Sequence record: MN871440.1
Length of the DNA stretch: 64,000 nt
Reading direction: 5' to 3' (one strand)
The notes under the pieces were generated by a model. It saw only the letters and a program-made list of their open reading frames with translations. It did no database searches and had not been told where the DNA came from. Of the stretch, positions 36,274 through 45,028 are shown one piece after another. Made by a program: the position numbers and the translations under genes. Position 1 is the stretch's first letter, and each line of letters starts with the position of its first letter.

Positions 36274-38478
36274 GTGAGAATTCATCAAGAAGAAACCGAG
36301 ATTTTTGGCTCTATCGAACAAAGCGCCGGCTTTAAGATTCTGGCTAGTGCCAAAGCGTTTAAGATTCTGTCTAGTTCGCTGTATAAGTACAAGCAACGCG
36401 CTATCATTCGCGAACTGTGTTGTAATGCGGTAGATGGTCACATTGCTCTGAAACGTTCTGGCGTTGAGCCTCGTTCAACTTTCGACGTTACTCTGCCGAG
36501 TATGTTGAATCAACAATTCAGTGTTCGCGATTACGGCATTGGCTTGTGTCAAGAAGACATCGAAGGTCTTTATTCGACCTACTTTGCAAGTACCAAAGCA
36601 AACAGTAATGATGAAATCGGTGGTTTTGGTCTGGGGTCTAAGTCTCCATTCGCTTACACTGATACTTTCACCGTTACTTCTTGGTTCGGTGGGAAGAAAA
36701 TGGTATTCAGTGCATTCATGAAAAACGGCGAGCCGCAGATCATGAAAATGTACGAGGAAGATACTACTGAGCCGACTGGCGTTGAAGTAACTGTTCCGGT
36801 GTCTAACGACATGAATACTTGGGAAGATGAAGCGAAACGTGTTTTCTGCTCTTTCGACATCTATCGCCCACGTTTCGTTGGCAAACCGATTACTGTTAAC
36901 TATCTGAACTTCGACAAAGACGGAATTTGTCACATCGAGGGTTCTTATGGCAACCGTCCGATGCATAGCAACGGTGTGTATGCTGTAATGGGTGGCGTTG
37001 TGTATCCAATCCCCAGTGAGTATTGGAACGATAGCATGATCGGACTCTACGCTTCTCGTAAAGTTTATTATGTTCGTTTCGAAATTGGCGAACTGGACAT
37101 GACCCCGAGCCGCGAAGAACTGAGTTTGGACCCAGAAACCATTGCTTCTATTCAAAAGCGTATGCGTATTCTGAACAAAGTTCACGACGATCAAATCGCG
37201 GAAGAGTTTGCAAAGTGTAAAGACATTCGCGAACTTCATTCCCGACTGATCAATCGATTCCCGACTGACGTTTGGAATCGTATGGTGCAAAATGTAGTCT
37301 TCCACAAAAAGACTATCAAAGACTGGAAGCAGAAATTTAGCTCTTTTGAACGACCATATCCAGATCTGCCGGTAGTTCGTGCTAGTGTTAGTGCTGGTAC
37401 TGTTCGTAAGGTAAAACAGCGTTGGCACGGTGGTCATGACGTTAGTTTTGGAGCTAATTTCAGACCGATAATCATCAACGACATGAAAACTGGTGCAGCG
37501 GAAGTAATGTACGGTCTGTATCGACTGAACAAATTCCCGGTTGACGGCGCGTATGTTTATGACGTATTCTCCGATGCTCCGATTGATGACAAAAATCCGA
37601 AGAGCAAGAAAACCGGTAAAGCGAATCGCGAAAACATGATCGAATATCTGAAATACTTCCCTAAGCGTATCACTAAGGGTAAAGTAATTCTGTTGTCGAA
37701 AGTTCGCGCCGAAATCTTGAAAGCGATGAAAGACGCTGGTCATACTCAAGTCAAAAAGCGTACTGGCAAAGCAACCAACGTGATCAAGATCGAAAACGGC
37801 GGTTCGTCAGAAGTTCAGATGTATGTCGATGATATCGATGATCTGAAAGATGTTCTTTGGTGTGGTACCGAGTATAGCGCATTGCGCATTGTTACTCCGA
37901 CAATCACAACCGAGACTCTGAAAAACGGTAAGACTCGCGACAAGTACGAGAGCTGGAAATCTGCGAATACCTTTGATGAACGTATTATCAAAGAGTGGTC
38001 AAAGCTTGAGAAGAAAACGATCTATGTGTTCAAGAATCAACATTGGGCTCGCGCTCATAAGAATAGCGATATTCAGCAACTCGAAGAGAAAATGATTGTT
38101 GACTACACCACAAAATTGATCGATAATCTTACTCACGATGATTTTGGCGTGACTGTAAACGAGCGTTGGATTAGCCGTCTGGCATCTAACACGATTACTA
38201 AACCGCTGACTGACAATCTGTGTGGTACTACTGGCTCGCGTAGCGATACCGGTCTGTTTATGAGTCGTATGGCTAACGCAAGACCGAAGCTTGTTGGTAC
38301 TAAGTCTGTTGAAACGCTGGATGTTATTGTTCGTCGTCTCGAAAAAGAAGCTCATGACCGCGCTTATATCAAGGTTCATGAATTCGAGAGAAATAACCCG
38401 CTGATCATCGCGTATCTGAACCAGATTTATGATGTCAAAGACACTATTGCCGCTGATATCGTAAAAATCGCAAAATAA
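36274..38478 (+). CDS. rIIA: rIIA membrane-associated protein
   Basis: ILSSSLYKYKQRAIIRELCCNAVD, DYGIGL, STK..IGGFGLGSKSPFAYTDTF (HATPase-like N-terminus). Confidence 0.95.
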   Translation: MRIHQEETEIFGSIEQSAGFKILASAKAFKILSSSLYKYKQRAIIRELCCNAVDGHIALKRSGVEPRSTFDVTLPSMLNQQFSVRDYGIGLCQEDIEGLYSTYFASTKANSNDEIGGFGLGSKSPFAYTDTFTVTSWFGGKKMVFSAFMKNGEPQIMKMYEEDTTEPTGVEVTVPVSNDMNTWEDEAKRVFCSFDIYRPRFVGKPITVNYLNFDKDGICHIEGSYGNRPMHSNGVYAVMGGVVYPIPSEYWNDSMIGLYASRKVYYVRFEIGELDMTPSREELSLDPETIASIQKRMRILNKVHDDQIAEEFAKCKDIRELHSRLINRFPTDVWNRMVQNVVFHKKTIKDWKQKFSSFERPYPDLPVVRASVSAGTVRKVKQRWHGGHDVSFGANFRPIIINDMKTGAAEVMYGLYRLNKFPVDGAYVYDVFSDAPIDDKNPKSKKTGKANRENMIEYLKYFPKRITKGKVILLSKVRAEILKAMKDAGHTQVKKRTGKATNVIKIENGGSSEVQMYVDDIDDLKDVLWCGTEYSALRIVTPTITTETLKNGKTRDKYESWKSANTFDERIIKEWSKLEKKTIYVFKNQHWARAHKNSDIQQLEEKMIVDYTTKLIDNLTHDDFGVTVNERWISRLASNTITKPLTDNLCGTTGSRSDTGLFMSRMANARPKLVGTKSVETLDVIVRRLEKEAHDRAYIKVHEFERNNPLIIAYLNQIYDVKDTIAADIVKIAK

Positions 38479-38481
38479 TAG

Positions 38482-38520
38482 TTGACATGGGACTACCTAC
38501 ATGAGAAGATAGTCCCATGT
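38482..38520 (+). promoter_or_regulatory. rIIB promoter within 11-bp inverted repeat
   Basis: TTGACA 38482-38487; acatgggacta/tagtcccatgt stem; -10 weak (GAAGAT). Confidence 0.5.
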
Positions 38521-38599
38521 TCTGAGAAAGAGATAATGTTTATGATGAAACTTAAATGCGTTAAACTAATCAAACCTGACAAATGAAGGAAACTGTAAA

Positions 38600-39901
38600 A
38601 TGGCTAAACTGACTGAACAACAAAAATCCCGTATTCTGGCTGGCACTCTGGGTCGTGGCGTACTGTCTCGCGAACTGGGTATCAAAGAATCCGAAGCTCG
38701 TAAAATGATCGAACTCGTTAAAGCCGAAGCTGAACGTGCTGCAAAGCAAAAGACCGGTGGCGTTACCGAAGCAATGCGTACTCAAATCGTTGAAGGCAAG
38801 CTGGGTCGTCTGGCTCTGTCCAAGCAACTGGGTATCAAAGAGCATGAAGCTCGCAAGATCATCGAAGCGATTCGTTCTGAAAAACAGAAACCGGTTGTTG
38901 CTCAAAAGCCTGTTGCACCTGTAGTACCGAAAGCTGCTCCGGTTGCTGCTAAAGTTGAAACTCCGAAAGAGGATCATCTTGGTGCTCGATTTCGTGAAAC
39001 CGACAAACGAGCTGACGAACGAGACGCCAAAATCGTTGAACTCTACAGCACCGGAGAATACAAGTCTCAAAAGACTGTTGCCGCGCTGGTTGGTTGCTCT
39101 GAAAGCACTGTTGGCGAAGTTCTGAAACGTGCTGGTGTAAAAGCTCGCCGTCCTGGTTCTCCTGCTGCTAAAGTTGCCGCACCCGAGCCGAAAGAACTGA
39201 AATGGTTTGCTTCCACCAAGTTCATCAATATCATTGCAGACGGTAAGACTTACACCGCTGATAGCACTCACGAAAGCTTCCGCAAGGCGCTGGATCTGTG
39301 TATCGCTGGTGATGTTCTGAAAGCACTGGGTCTGATTAACGTTGCTAAAGGCGTATCTCAATACGGCAAAGGCAATCTGAAAATCGAAAACGACGTTGTG
39401 ACTTACAAAGGTCTGGAAATTGGTGGTTCTGTTGTTAAGCGTATCATCGCTAACATGCATGACAATAAGCCGTTCGATTATCTGGTAGCTTTCCTTGAGA
39501 AACTGCTGTTGAACCCGAACAAGAAAGCAATCGAAGGTCTGTTTGATTTCCTTGAGCATAACGACATTGAAATCACCAAAGACGGTTTCGTTCACGCTTA
39601 TCGTCGTTGCACCGACAAATATACCGACTTCTATACCGGAAAAATGTCGAACAAAGTTGGCGAAACTGTGAAACTGGATCGTTCTAAGTGTGACAGCTCC
39701 GATGCGACTTGCTCTAGCGGTCTGCACATCGCTGCCAAGACTTACATCCCGCACTATCACGGTGGTCAAGGTCGCATTCTGTTGGTACAAGTTGACCCTC
39801 AGCATGTGATTGCAGTTCCGAAAGATTACAACGGTAGCAAGCTCCGCTGTTGCGAATTCAAGGTTCTGAAAGACATCACATCCACTTTCGGTAAGCATTA
39901 A
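38600..39901 (+). CDS. rIIB: rIIB protein with duplicated N-terminal HTH-like units
   Basis: WFASTKFINI, FLEKLLLNP, LFDFL, DG..AY, CSSGLH, VDP..V..VP.DYNGSKLRCC. Confidence 0.95.
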   Translation: MAKLTEQQKSRILAGTLGRGVLSRELGIKESEARKMIELVKAEAERAAKQKTGGVTEAMRTQIVEGKLGRLALSKQLGIKEHEARKIIEAIRSEKQKPVVAQKPVAPVVPKAAPVAAKVETPKEDHLGARFRETDKRADERDAKIVELYSTGEYKSQKTVAALVGCSESTVGEVLKRAGVKARRPGSPAAKVAAPEPKELKWFASTKFINIIADGKTYTADSTHESFRKALDLCIAGDVLKALGLINVAKGVSQYGKGNLKIENDVVTYKGLEIGGSVVKRIIANMHDNKPFDYLVAFLEKLLLNPNKKAIEGLFDFLEHNDIEITKDGFVHAYRRCTDKYTDFYTGKMSNKVGETVKLDRSKCDSSDATCSSGLHIAAKTYIPHYHGGQGRILLVQVDPQHVIAVPKDYNGSKLRCCEFKVLKDITSTFGKH

Positions 39902-39902
39902 T

Positions 39903-39929
39903 AAAAAAGCCACCTTCGGGTGGCTTTTT
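39903..39929 (+). terminator. Rho-independent terminator (same core as 16191-16213)
   Basis: aaaaaagccacc-ttcg-ggtggcttttt. Confidence 0.9.
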
Positions 39930-39971
39930 CGTTTCTTAAATAACTATGTTATTAAACATAGGAGAAACAAA

Positions 39972-40190
39972 ATGTTAAACGCTTTATTAGAACACGCCGC
40001 ACACGAATTTGAAGAACTTGAATACACTTGGACATCAAGCATAACCGCATTGTGTAAGCTATCTGGTTTGTATTTCGTTGTTACCGAAGCGTATGGCGAG
40101 ATTGGATTTAGTTTATGTGGTGATGAATGGACAATCGACTCCGATCCGTCAAGCTTTATCTCTGCTATACACGCAATTCGTATGCAGTAA
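39972..40190 (+). CDS. Hypothetical protein (72 aa)
   Basis: AGGAG RBS. Confidence 0.7.
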   Translation: MLNALLEHAAHEFEELEYTWTSSITALCKLSGLYFVVTEAYGEIGFSLCGDEWTIDSDPSSFISAIHAIRMQ

Positions 40191-40268
40191 ACATTTTATG
40201 AAAAAATAGTTTGACAGTCGGATTTATAAGCGTATGATGAACGACATACAAACAAGAGGTATAAAGAA

Positions 40269-40829
40269 ATGAAAAAGACATTTAATGATTGCATCGAAGT
40301 AGAATCTGGCGCTCGCGGTAAATCTGATGCCGCTTTCGTGTGTTTCTACTGCGAAAAAGTTCAACCTTACATCAACTCAACCGATCCGTCTTTCCCAGAA
40401 GACAAGAAAAGCGTCTGGGCTCACAAAATTCTGTTGAATGTTCGTTGGGACTCTCGCTTTGGTTTCCCGGGTGGCATGGTTGATGAAGGTGAAACTCTTA
40501 TTGAAGCTGCTGTTCGCGAATGCAAAGAAGAAATCGGTTACACTGTGAATCCGGATCATCTTCTGCATCTTTGCACTCACAAGATCCCAGAAAGCGGTAT
40601 GCATTGTCATCTGTATATGTGCCGAGTTCCAGAAGAGGAGCTGTATGTTATGCAACGTTCCGCAATGGACGCCGAGCACTCACGCATCGAAGCATTTGGT
40701 AACGCCGTTGCGCATCTGACACCGCCTACCATCAAGCAGATGAAACACGCTAACTGTGCTCGCACTGTGAAAGCCGAGCTGGTAGAAGTGTTTGATTTTC
40801 TCGGTGTTGATTATGACTGGAGCCATTGA
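40269..40829 (+). CDS. Nudix hydrolase, NUDT16-like
   Basis: Nudix box GGMVDEGETLIEAAVRECKEEIG preceded by VRWDSRFGFP; promoter TTGACA..TATGAT at 40211-40238. Confidence 0.9.
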   Translation: MKKTFNDCIEVESGARGKSDAAFVCFYCEKVQPYINSTDPSFPEDKKSVWAHKILLNVRWDSRFGFPGGMVDEGETLIEAAVRECKEEIGYTVNPDHLLHLCTHKIPESGMHCHLYMCRVPEEELYVMQRSAMDAEHSRIEAFGNAVAHLTPPTIKQMKHANCARTVKAELVEVFDFLGVDYDWSH

Positions 40830-40830
40830 T

Positions 40831-41043
40831 ATGAAAATGACTGTGCCAGAAACGTACAATCTGATCCGCAAGTCTCTTTACGAAACAAAGAACGAATATC
40901 GATTTGGACAAGCAGTGTTCAACAATCTACCGAAAGAGATTGCAGATCAAATTCGCGGTACCGATAAAGATTTCTTTTATTGGGACAACAATCGTCAGCG
41001 AGAGATCATCGACTATTGCTATGACGAACTAACTGAGGTTTAA
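40831..41043 (+). CDS. Hypothetical protein (70 aa)
   Basis: GGAG RBS, ATG 40831; contains YRFGQAVFN. Confidence 0.7.
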   Translation: MKMTVPETYNLIRKSLYETKNEYRFGQAVFNNLPKEIADQIRGTDKDFFYWDNNRQREIIDYCYDELTEV

Positions 41044-41054
41044 CCTACCGCTCT

Positions 41055-41114
41055 AGGTGCGATTTCTCAATGAGTAGCTATACACTCGTATTGATTACAC
41101 TAGAAATCGCACCT
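41055..41114. repeat. Long hairpin in non-coding gap
   Basis: aggtgcgatttct (41055-41067)/agaaatcgcacct (41102-41114) perfect 13-bp arms with inner caat-gagt/actc-attg stem. Confidence 0.85.
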
Positions 41115-41167
41115 GATTGGTTTTAACCAGTTTAATGAATAGTACAAATAGTAAACTCTCCTAGGAA

Positions 41168-41292
41168 GTCGCGCCAGCGACTGCGTAGCTAACCTATTGA
41201 ATTTATTTAAGAAGAGAAGATAGATCTTCATTAAAGGTATATAAGAAACTTTATCTTCTCTTCTTAAATGAGTTAGCGGCTTACGCCGCAGT
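41168..41292 (+). repeat. Dispersed quasi-palindromic intergenic element, copy 3 (most complete)
   Basis: gtcgcgccagcgactgcg..aagaagagaagata..AT-rich core..tatcttctcttctt..aatgagttagcggcttacgccgcagtg. Confidence 0.9.
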
Positions 41293-41353
41293 GTTGACAC
41301 ACGTTTTATAGTATGTAATAATTCAGTTCTCTACTAACAAAAGGTAAATTGAA

Positions 41354-41854
41354 ATGAAGTTGACAACTAACATGTTGATGGGTTCTACTTACATCGGTAA
41401 TCTCTTTCCTAACAAGGAAGGTACTATCGAGTTTCATAAGTGCCACACCGCATCAATTGGTAACTGTAATCATGATCTGACTACTCCCGGCTTTTATATG
41501 ATTACTGTTTGTATGGAAAACAGTGCTCGCGAAGTCGTTAGCGTGAATCACGTTGGTATTCAGAAACGTAAATCTGGCTTTAAAGAAGTTCTGAGCCGTC
41601 TGAACAATCCACGCACCGAACAAAACAAAGCACTTGGTGATTTCCTGTGTCAGCGGTCTGCCGACATTTTCAATAATGTCAAGATCTTCCGTGCTATTCG
41701 CGAAGTCGAAGCCCGCCATAAAGTCTACTTTCTGACTTACGGCGAAATGCGTGAATTCCTCGACATCGAAGAATACAGTGCCAAGAACAATGGTCTGTCT
41801 ATGATCACCGAACTGCGCTCTAAGTACAAATTCTTTGGTCGCGACAAATCTTGA
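41354..41854 (+). CDS. Hypothetical protein (166 aa)
   Basis: AAGG RBS, TTGACA promoter at 41294. Confidence 0.8.
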   Translation: MKLTTNMLMGSTYIGNLFPNKEGTIEFHKCHTASIGNCNHDLTTPGFYMITVCMENSAREVVSVNHVGIQKRKSGFKEVLSRLNNPRTEQNKALGDFLCQRSADIFNNVKIFRAIREVEARHKVYFLTYGEMREFLDIEEYSAKNNGLSMITELRSKYKFFGRDKS

Positions 41855-41856
41855 TG

Positions 41857-41900
41857 TTGACAACTGTAATCAGTCGTGTATAATCTCATGACTGATTACA
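41857..41900 (+). promoter_or_regulatory. Gene 52 promoter with TATAAT in hairpin loop
   Basis: TTGACA N16 TATAAT; tgtaatcagtcgtg/catgactgattaca stem. Confidence 0.75.
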
Positions 41901-41912
41901 AAAGAGGTAAGA

Positions 41913-43229
41913 ATGAAAGTAACAAAACGTCCAATTTCAAGTATGGTAGATGTAGAAGCTCGTGAATTTGCTATGTATACCATCGAAGAACGAGCACTTC
42001 CAAGCGTAGTTGACGGTCTGAAACCGGCACAGCGTTATATTCTTTATAGCGTACTGAAAAACGCGGGTCGTGAGTTCAAGAAAAATGCGGCAATTGCTGG
42101 TGTTATTTCCGAATATGGTTACAATCATGGCGAAACTGCTGCTATGGATGCCGCTTGTTTGATGGCTTCCACTTGGAATAACAACTTCCCTGTTATTCAA
42201 GGTCGCGGTAACTTTGGTTCTCGCGCTGTTCAAGAAGGTGCGGCAGCTCGATACATTTTCTGTACCAAACACAGTAACTTTGATTCTATGTTCAAGGACA
42301 TGGATCTGTTGGAAGAATCACTGGCAGATGGCTCTATTTTGCCTCGTTATTATCTGCCCATTTTGCCTACTGTTCTGCTTAACGGCGTGAGTGGTATTGC
42401 AACTGGTTTCTCTACCAAGATTCTGCCGCATAATGTTCAAAGCGTTGCGAAATGCGTTGAACAAGTTCTGAAAACTGGAAAATGTGACGAACCAGAGTTG
42501 CAATTCCCTAAGTTCTTTGGTAAGATTATCCCGATTGAAGGTAAATCTCAATCTTGGACGCTTGAAGGTGAATATGAGCTTAGTGGTAAAACCAAGCTTA
42601 CCATCACCGAATTGCCACCAAAGTATGATCGAGTCAAATACGTTACTCTGTTGAATAAACTGGTTGACGCTGACAAGATCGTGAGTTATGATGAATCCAA
42701 GTTTGATGGTCGTGAGTTCTGTTTCAAGATCACGCTAAAGCGAGAGTTTGACGCCACACACGAAAACATCATGAAGACTTTCAAGCTTAGTCAGGCAATC
42801 TCTCAATACATTCGAGTGATTGACCCTAATGGCGAGCTGAAAGCTTATGAGAAAGCATCCGATTTGATTGTCGATTTTGTAAATTTCCGTTTCGGTGTAT
42901 TGCAAAAGCGAATCGACAATGCTAAACTTGTTGCGAATGAAAAGCTTGGGTTTGCTCGCGCTAAAGTGACTTTCATCAAGCACGTATTGGATCAAGATAT
43001 CATCTTTACCAATAACACTCGCAAACAAGTCGTTGAACAGATTTCAGCGTTTGACGATCTGAAAGAGTATGCGGAACAACTGGTACAAATGAACCTGTAT
43101 CATATGACCGACGACGAAGTTCTGAAACTTGAAAAACAAGTTATTGAACTCAAAAAAGAATCTGACTTCTGGGAAACATCTACTCAGAAGAAACAATATC
43201 AATCCGACATCAAGGAATTTTTGAAATGA
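41913..43229 (+). CDS. 52: Type II topoisomerase medium subunit gp52
   Basis: ERALPSVVDGLKPAQR, YNHGE, GNFGSR, AAARY catalytic Tyr, NGVSGIATG. Confidence 0.96.
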   Translation: MKVTKRPISSMVDVEAREFAMYTIEERALPSVVDGLKPAQRYILYSVLKNAGREFKKNAAIAGVISEYGYNHGETAAMDAACLMASTWNNNFPVIQGRGNFGSRAVQEGAAARYIFCTKHSNFDSMFKDMDLLEESLADGSILPRYYLPILPTVLLNGVSGIATGFSTKILPHNVQSVAKCVEQVLKTGKCDEPELQFPKFFGKIIPIEGKSQSWTLEGEYELSGKTKLTITELPPKYDRVKYVTLLNKLVDADKIVSYDESKFDGREFCFKITLKREFDATHENIMKTFKLSQAISQYIRVIDPNGELKAYEKASDLIVDFVNFRFGVLQKRIDNAKLVANEKLGFARAKVTFIKHVLDQDIIFTNNTRKQVVEQISAFDDLKEYAEQLVQMNLYHMTDDEVLKLEKQVIELKKESDFWETSTQKKQYQSDIKEFLK

Positions 43230-43504
43230 GTATTATCTCCTTTTTTCTGAACGCTAAGAAACGTGTTTCCCGTCATCTGAGTGGCGACGACGAACTGACT
43301 ATCGGTCCTCGCGCTCTGACTGACATCGTTGGACAACTCGAACAGAACGTTATCGAGCTGCGTCAACGTCAAGCTGCCGACGTTGCACAGGTTGAGCAAC
43401 TGGACAAAGACATCGCTGTTATCCAGAAGCGTCAAGCTAACAAGCGTCAAGATGCAGATCGCGCCGGTCGTATCGCTGACAAGTTCGCGGAGCTGCTGAA
43501 ATAA
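43226..43504 (+). CDS. Hypothetical coiled-coil protein (92 aa)
   Basis: ATGA overlap, AAGGA RBS. Confidence 0.75.
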   Translation: MSIISFFLNAKKRVSRHLSGDDELTIGPRALTDIVGQLEQNVIELRQRQAADVAQVEQLDKDIAVIQKRQANKRQDADRAGRIADKFAELLK

Positions 43505-43926
43505 TGTTACTTGCCACTCGATTGAATCGTGCTATGAAACAAGAGCAAATCGAGTGGCAATCACTAGCCCGAGGCTTTGGTGTGTTTGGCATAGTGATTG
43601 TCGCTTGTAACGTTCTTGCTATGCTGACCGACGGTAAAACTGAATGGGTACTGAGCTTCAAAATGTGGTGCTCTTTGCTCATGTTAGCAACGCTTGTTAA
43701 GTCCTATGTTCTTGAGTCGAAACGATATCTTATCGGTAAGAATTTCAAGCACATTCTGATTTTCGATTATCTGTGTCGCGAATCAAACGGTAAAGAGATC
43801 TCGGACGAAGTTGCCGACAAATATCTCCGTATGACCGACGACGAAAGATCCAACATAAATAAGAAACTTAACGTACAGCTATTGCTTTCTTATATGATTG
43901 CTGCTACAATCTTTTTATCGTTTTAA
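43504..43926 (+). CDS. Hypothetical membrane protein (140 aa)
   Basis: Three hydrophobic segments; start may be later (ATG 43533). Confidence 0.7.
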   Translation: MLLATRLNRAMKQEQIEWQSLARGFGVFGIVIVACNVLAMLTDGKTEWVLSFKMWCSLLMLATLVKSYVLESKRYLIGKNFKHILIFDYLCRESNGKEISDEVADKYLRMTDDERSNINKKLNVQLLLSYMIAATIFLSF

Positions 43927-43938
43927 GAGGAACAAGAA

Positions 43939-44064
43939 ATGAATAACTTTGTTGCTAAACACGCCCGTGAGTTCAACGTTGCTGCCGTCATGGTAGATCG
44001 TAAAAAGCAAATGAAAGCTGCTGGTACTCGCAAACAAAAACACAAAGGTCGCATCGACTATTAA
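43939..44064 (+). CDS. Small basic protein (41 aa, MNNFVAKHAREFN...KQKHKG)
   Basis: Read by hand: GAGGA RBS; MNN.VAKH..FN..KQKHK pattern recurs in T4-like phages. Confidence 0.75.
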   Translation: MNNFVAKHAREFNVAAVMVDRKKQMKAAGTRKQKHKGRIDY

Positions 44065-44091
44065 TTTAAACTCTGAGCTGAGGTATAAAGA

Positions 44092-44397
44092 ATGAAACGT
44101 TATTTTCTCTTTCGTGGATATCGAGTATTTGCCGTCGATTCGGAGAATGGAACTCTCCCACTAGAAGCTGTTGGTCTATCCGACTTTGTATTTGAGCTTG
44201 ACCAATTCGGTATGCTCTATAGCGTCAAAGATAGAACGACATCACGCTTCCGGTTGTTTGATTATGCTGAAATGTTCGAGCATGTTAGACTTCACAAGGA
44301 ATTGATCGTTGACGGCATCCCACTTGTTTCCATGACAGAAATCGTGGAGAATTTAAGAAATGCCTCGTATGAAGCTTGTAACGGGGTCAGTCGTTGA
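44092..44397 (+). CDS. Hypothetical protein (101 aa)
   Basis: GAGG RBS. Confidence 0.7.
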   Translation: MKRYFLFRGYRVFAVDSENGTLPLEAVGLSDFVFELDQFGMLYSVKDRTTSRFRLFDYAEMFEHVRLHKELIVDGIPLVSMTEIVENLRNASYEACNGVSR

Positions 44398-44620
44398 ATC
44401 GCTGAGTCCAAATTGGCATGAAGATGCCGTAAAAGAAACCGTAAAGATCGATCTCGAAGACTATCAAATGACAGATGTTGACGTTACTCTTTATCGTGAT
44501 GCTAATCACATTGTAACGTCCAGTCTAATCGTGCTAAATGATGGACACCAAGTAAGATTTAAAGGTAATGCGCTATTCAATTCCGACATTACCTTGCGCG
44601 AAGAAGGCTATGAAGTATGA
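44360..44620 (+). CDS. Hypothetical protein (about 85 aa)
   Basis: ORF coupled to asiA by ATGA overlap; start 44360 or 44369. Confidence 0.65.
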   Translation: MPRMKLVTGSVVESLSPNWHEDAVKETVKIDLEDYQMTDVDVTLYRDANHIVTSSLIVLNDGHQVRFKGNALFNSDITLREEGYEV

Positions 44621-44916
44621 ACGCAAAATTAGAACTAATAAAAGATATCATCGCTACCGTTTCACTGATTATTAAACTGGAAGTTGATGGTGAAATTCTG
44701 GACTCACAGCAAAATCTAATCGACTTTCTAAACGAAGCTGGTTTTAGAACCGTTCGCGGATTAGAGTTTACTAAAATGAGTTTCAGACAGATGATCGGAC
44801 GAATGACAGACAAAGAACGAAATGAAGTTCTTAAAGAATTCTCCGCACAAGAACACTATGAAATGTTGAATGCGATGTTGGGTCCACGTGGTGATGTAGA
44901 CTACAATTGCGCATAA
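44617..44916 (+). CDS. asiA: Anti-sigma70 factor AsiA
   Basis: IKDIIATVSLIIK..LIDFLNEAG..MSFRQMI matches T4 AsiA pattern; last early gene before tail block. Confidence 0.88.
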   Translation: MNAKLELIKDIIATVSLIIKLEVDGEILDSQQNLIDFLNEAGFRTVRGLEFTKMSFRQMIGRMTDKERNEVLKEFSAQEHYEMLNAMLGPRGDVDYNCA

Positions 44917-44920
44917 AAAT

Positions 44921-44943
44921 AAAGGGAGCCTAGGCTCCCTTTT
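44921..44943. terminator. Bidirectional terminator between converging early and late units
   Basis: aaagggagc-ctag-gctcccttt flanked by A/T runs. Confidence 0.85.
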
Positions 44944-45028
44944 GTCATTTCTGAATAGCGACGGTTTGTTGATTGTTATCAATCACTGTCTGTAATTTTG
45001 TAATGGATACATTTAAGTTATTAAGTGT

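Noticed and set aside
38570-39913. 447-aa antisense ORF over rIIB (likewise 36475-37749 over rIIA and 20823-22103 over 45/44)
   Set aside because: All lie in the same triplet register as the sense gene, so they follow from avoidance of TTA/CTA/TCA codons in well-expressed genes; no RBS, promoter or protein-like motifs
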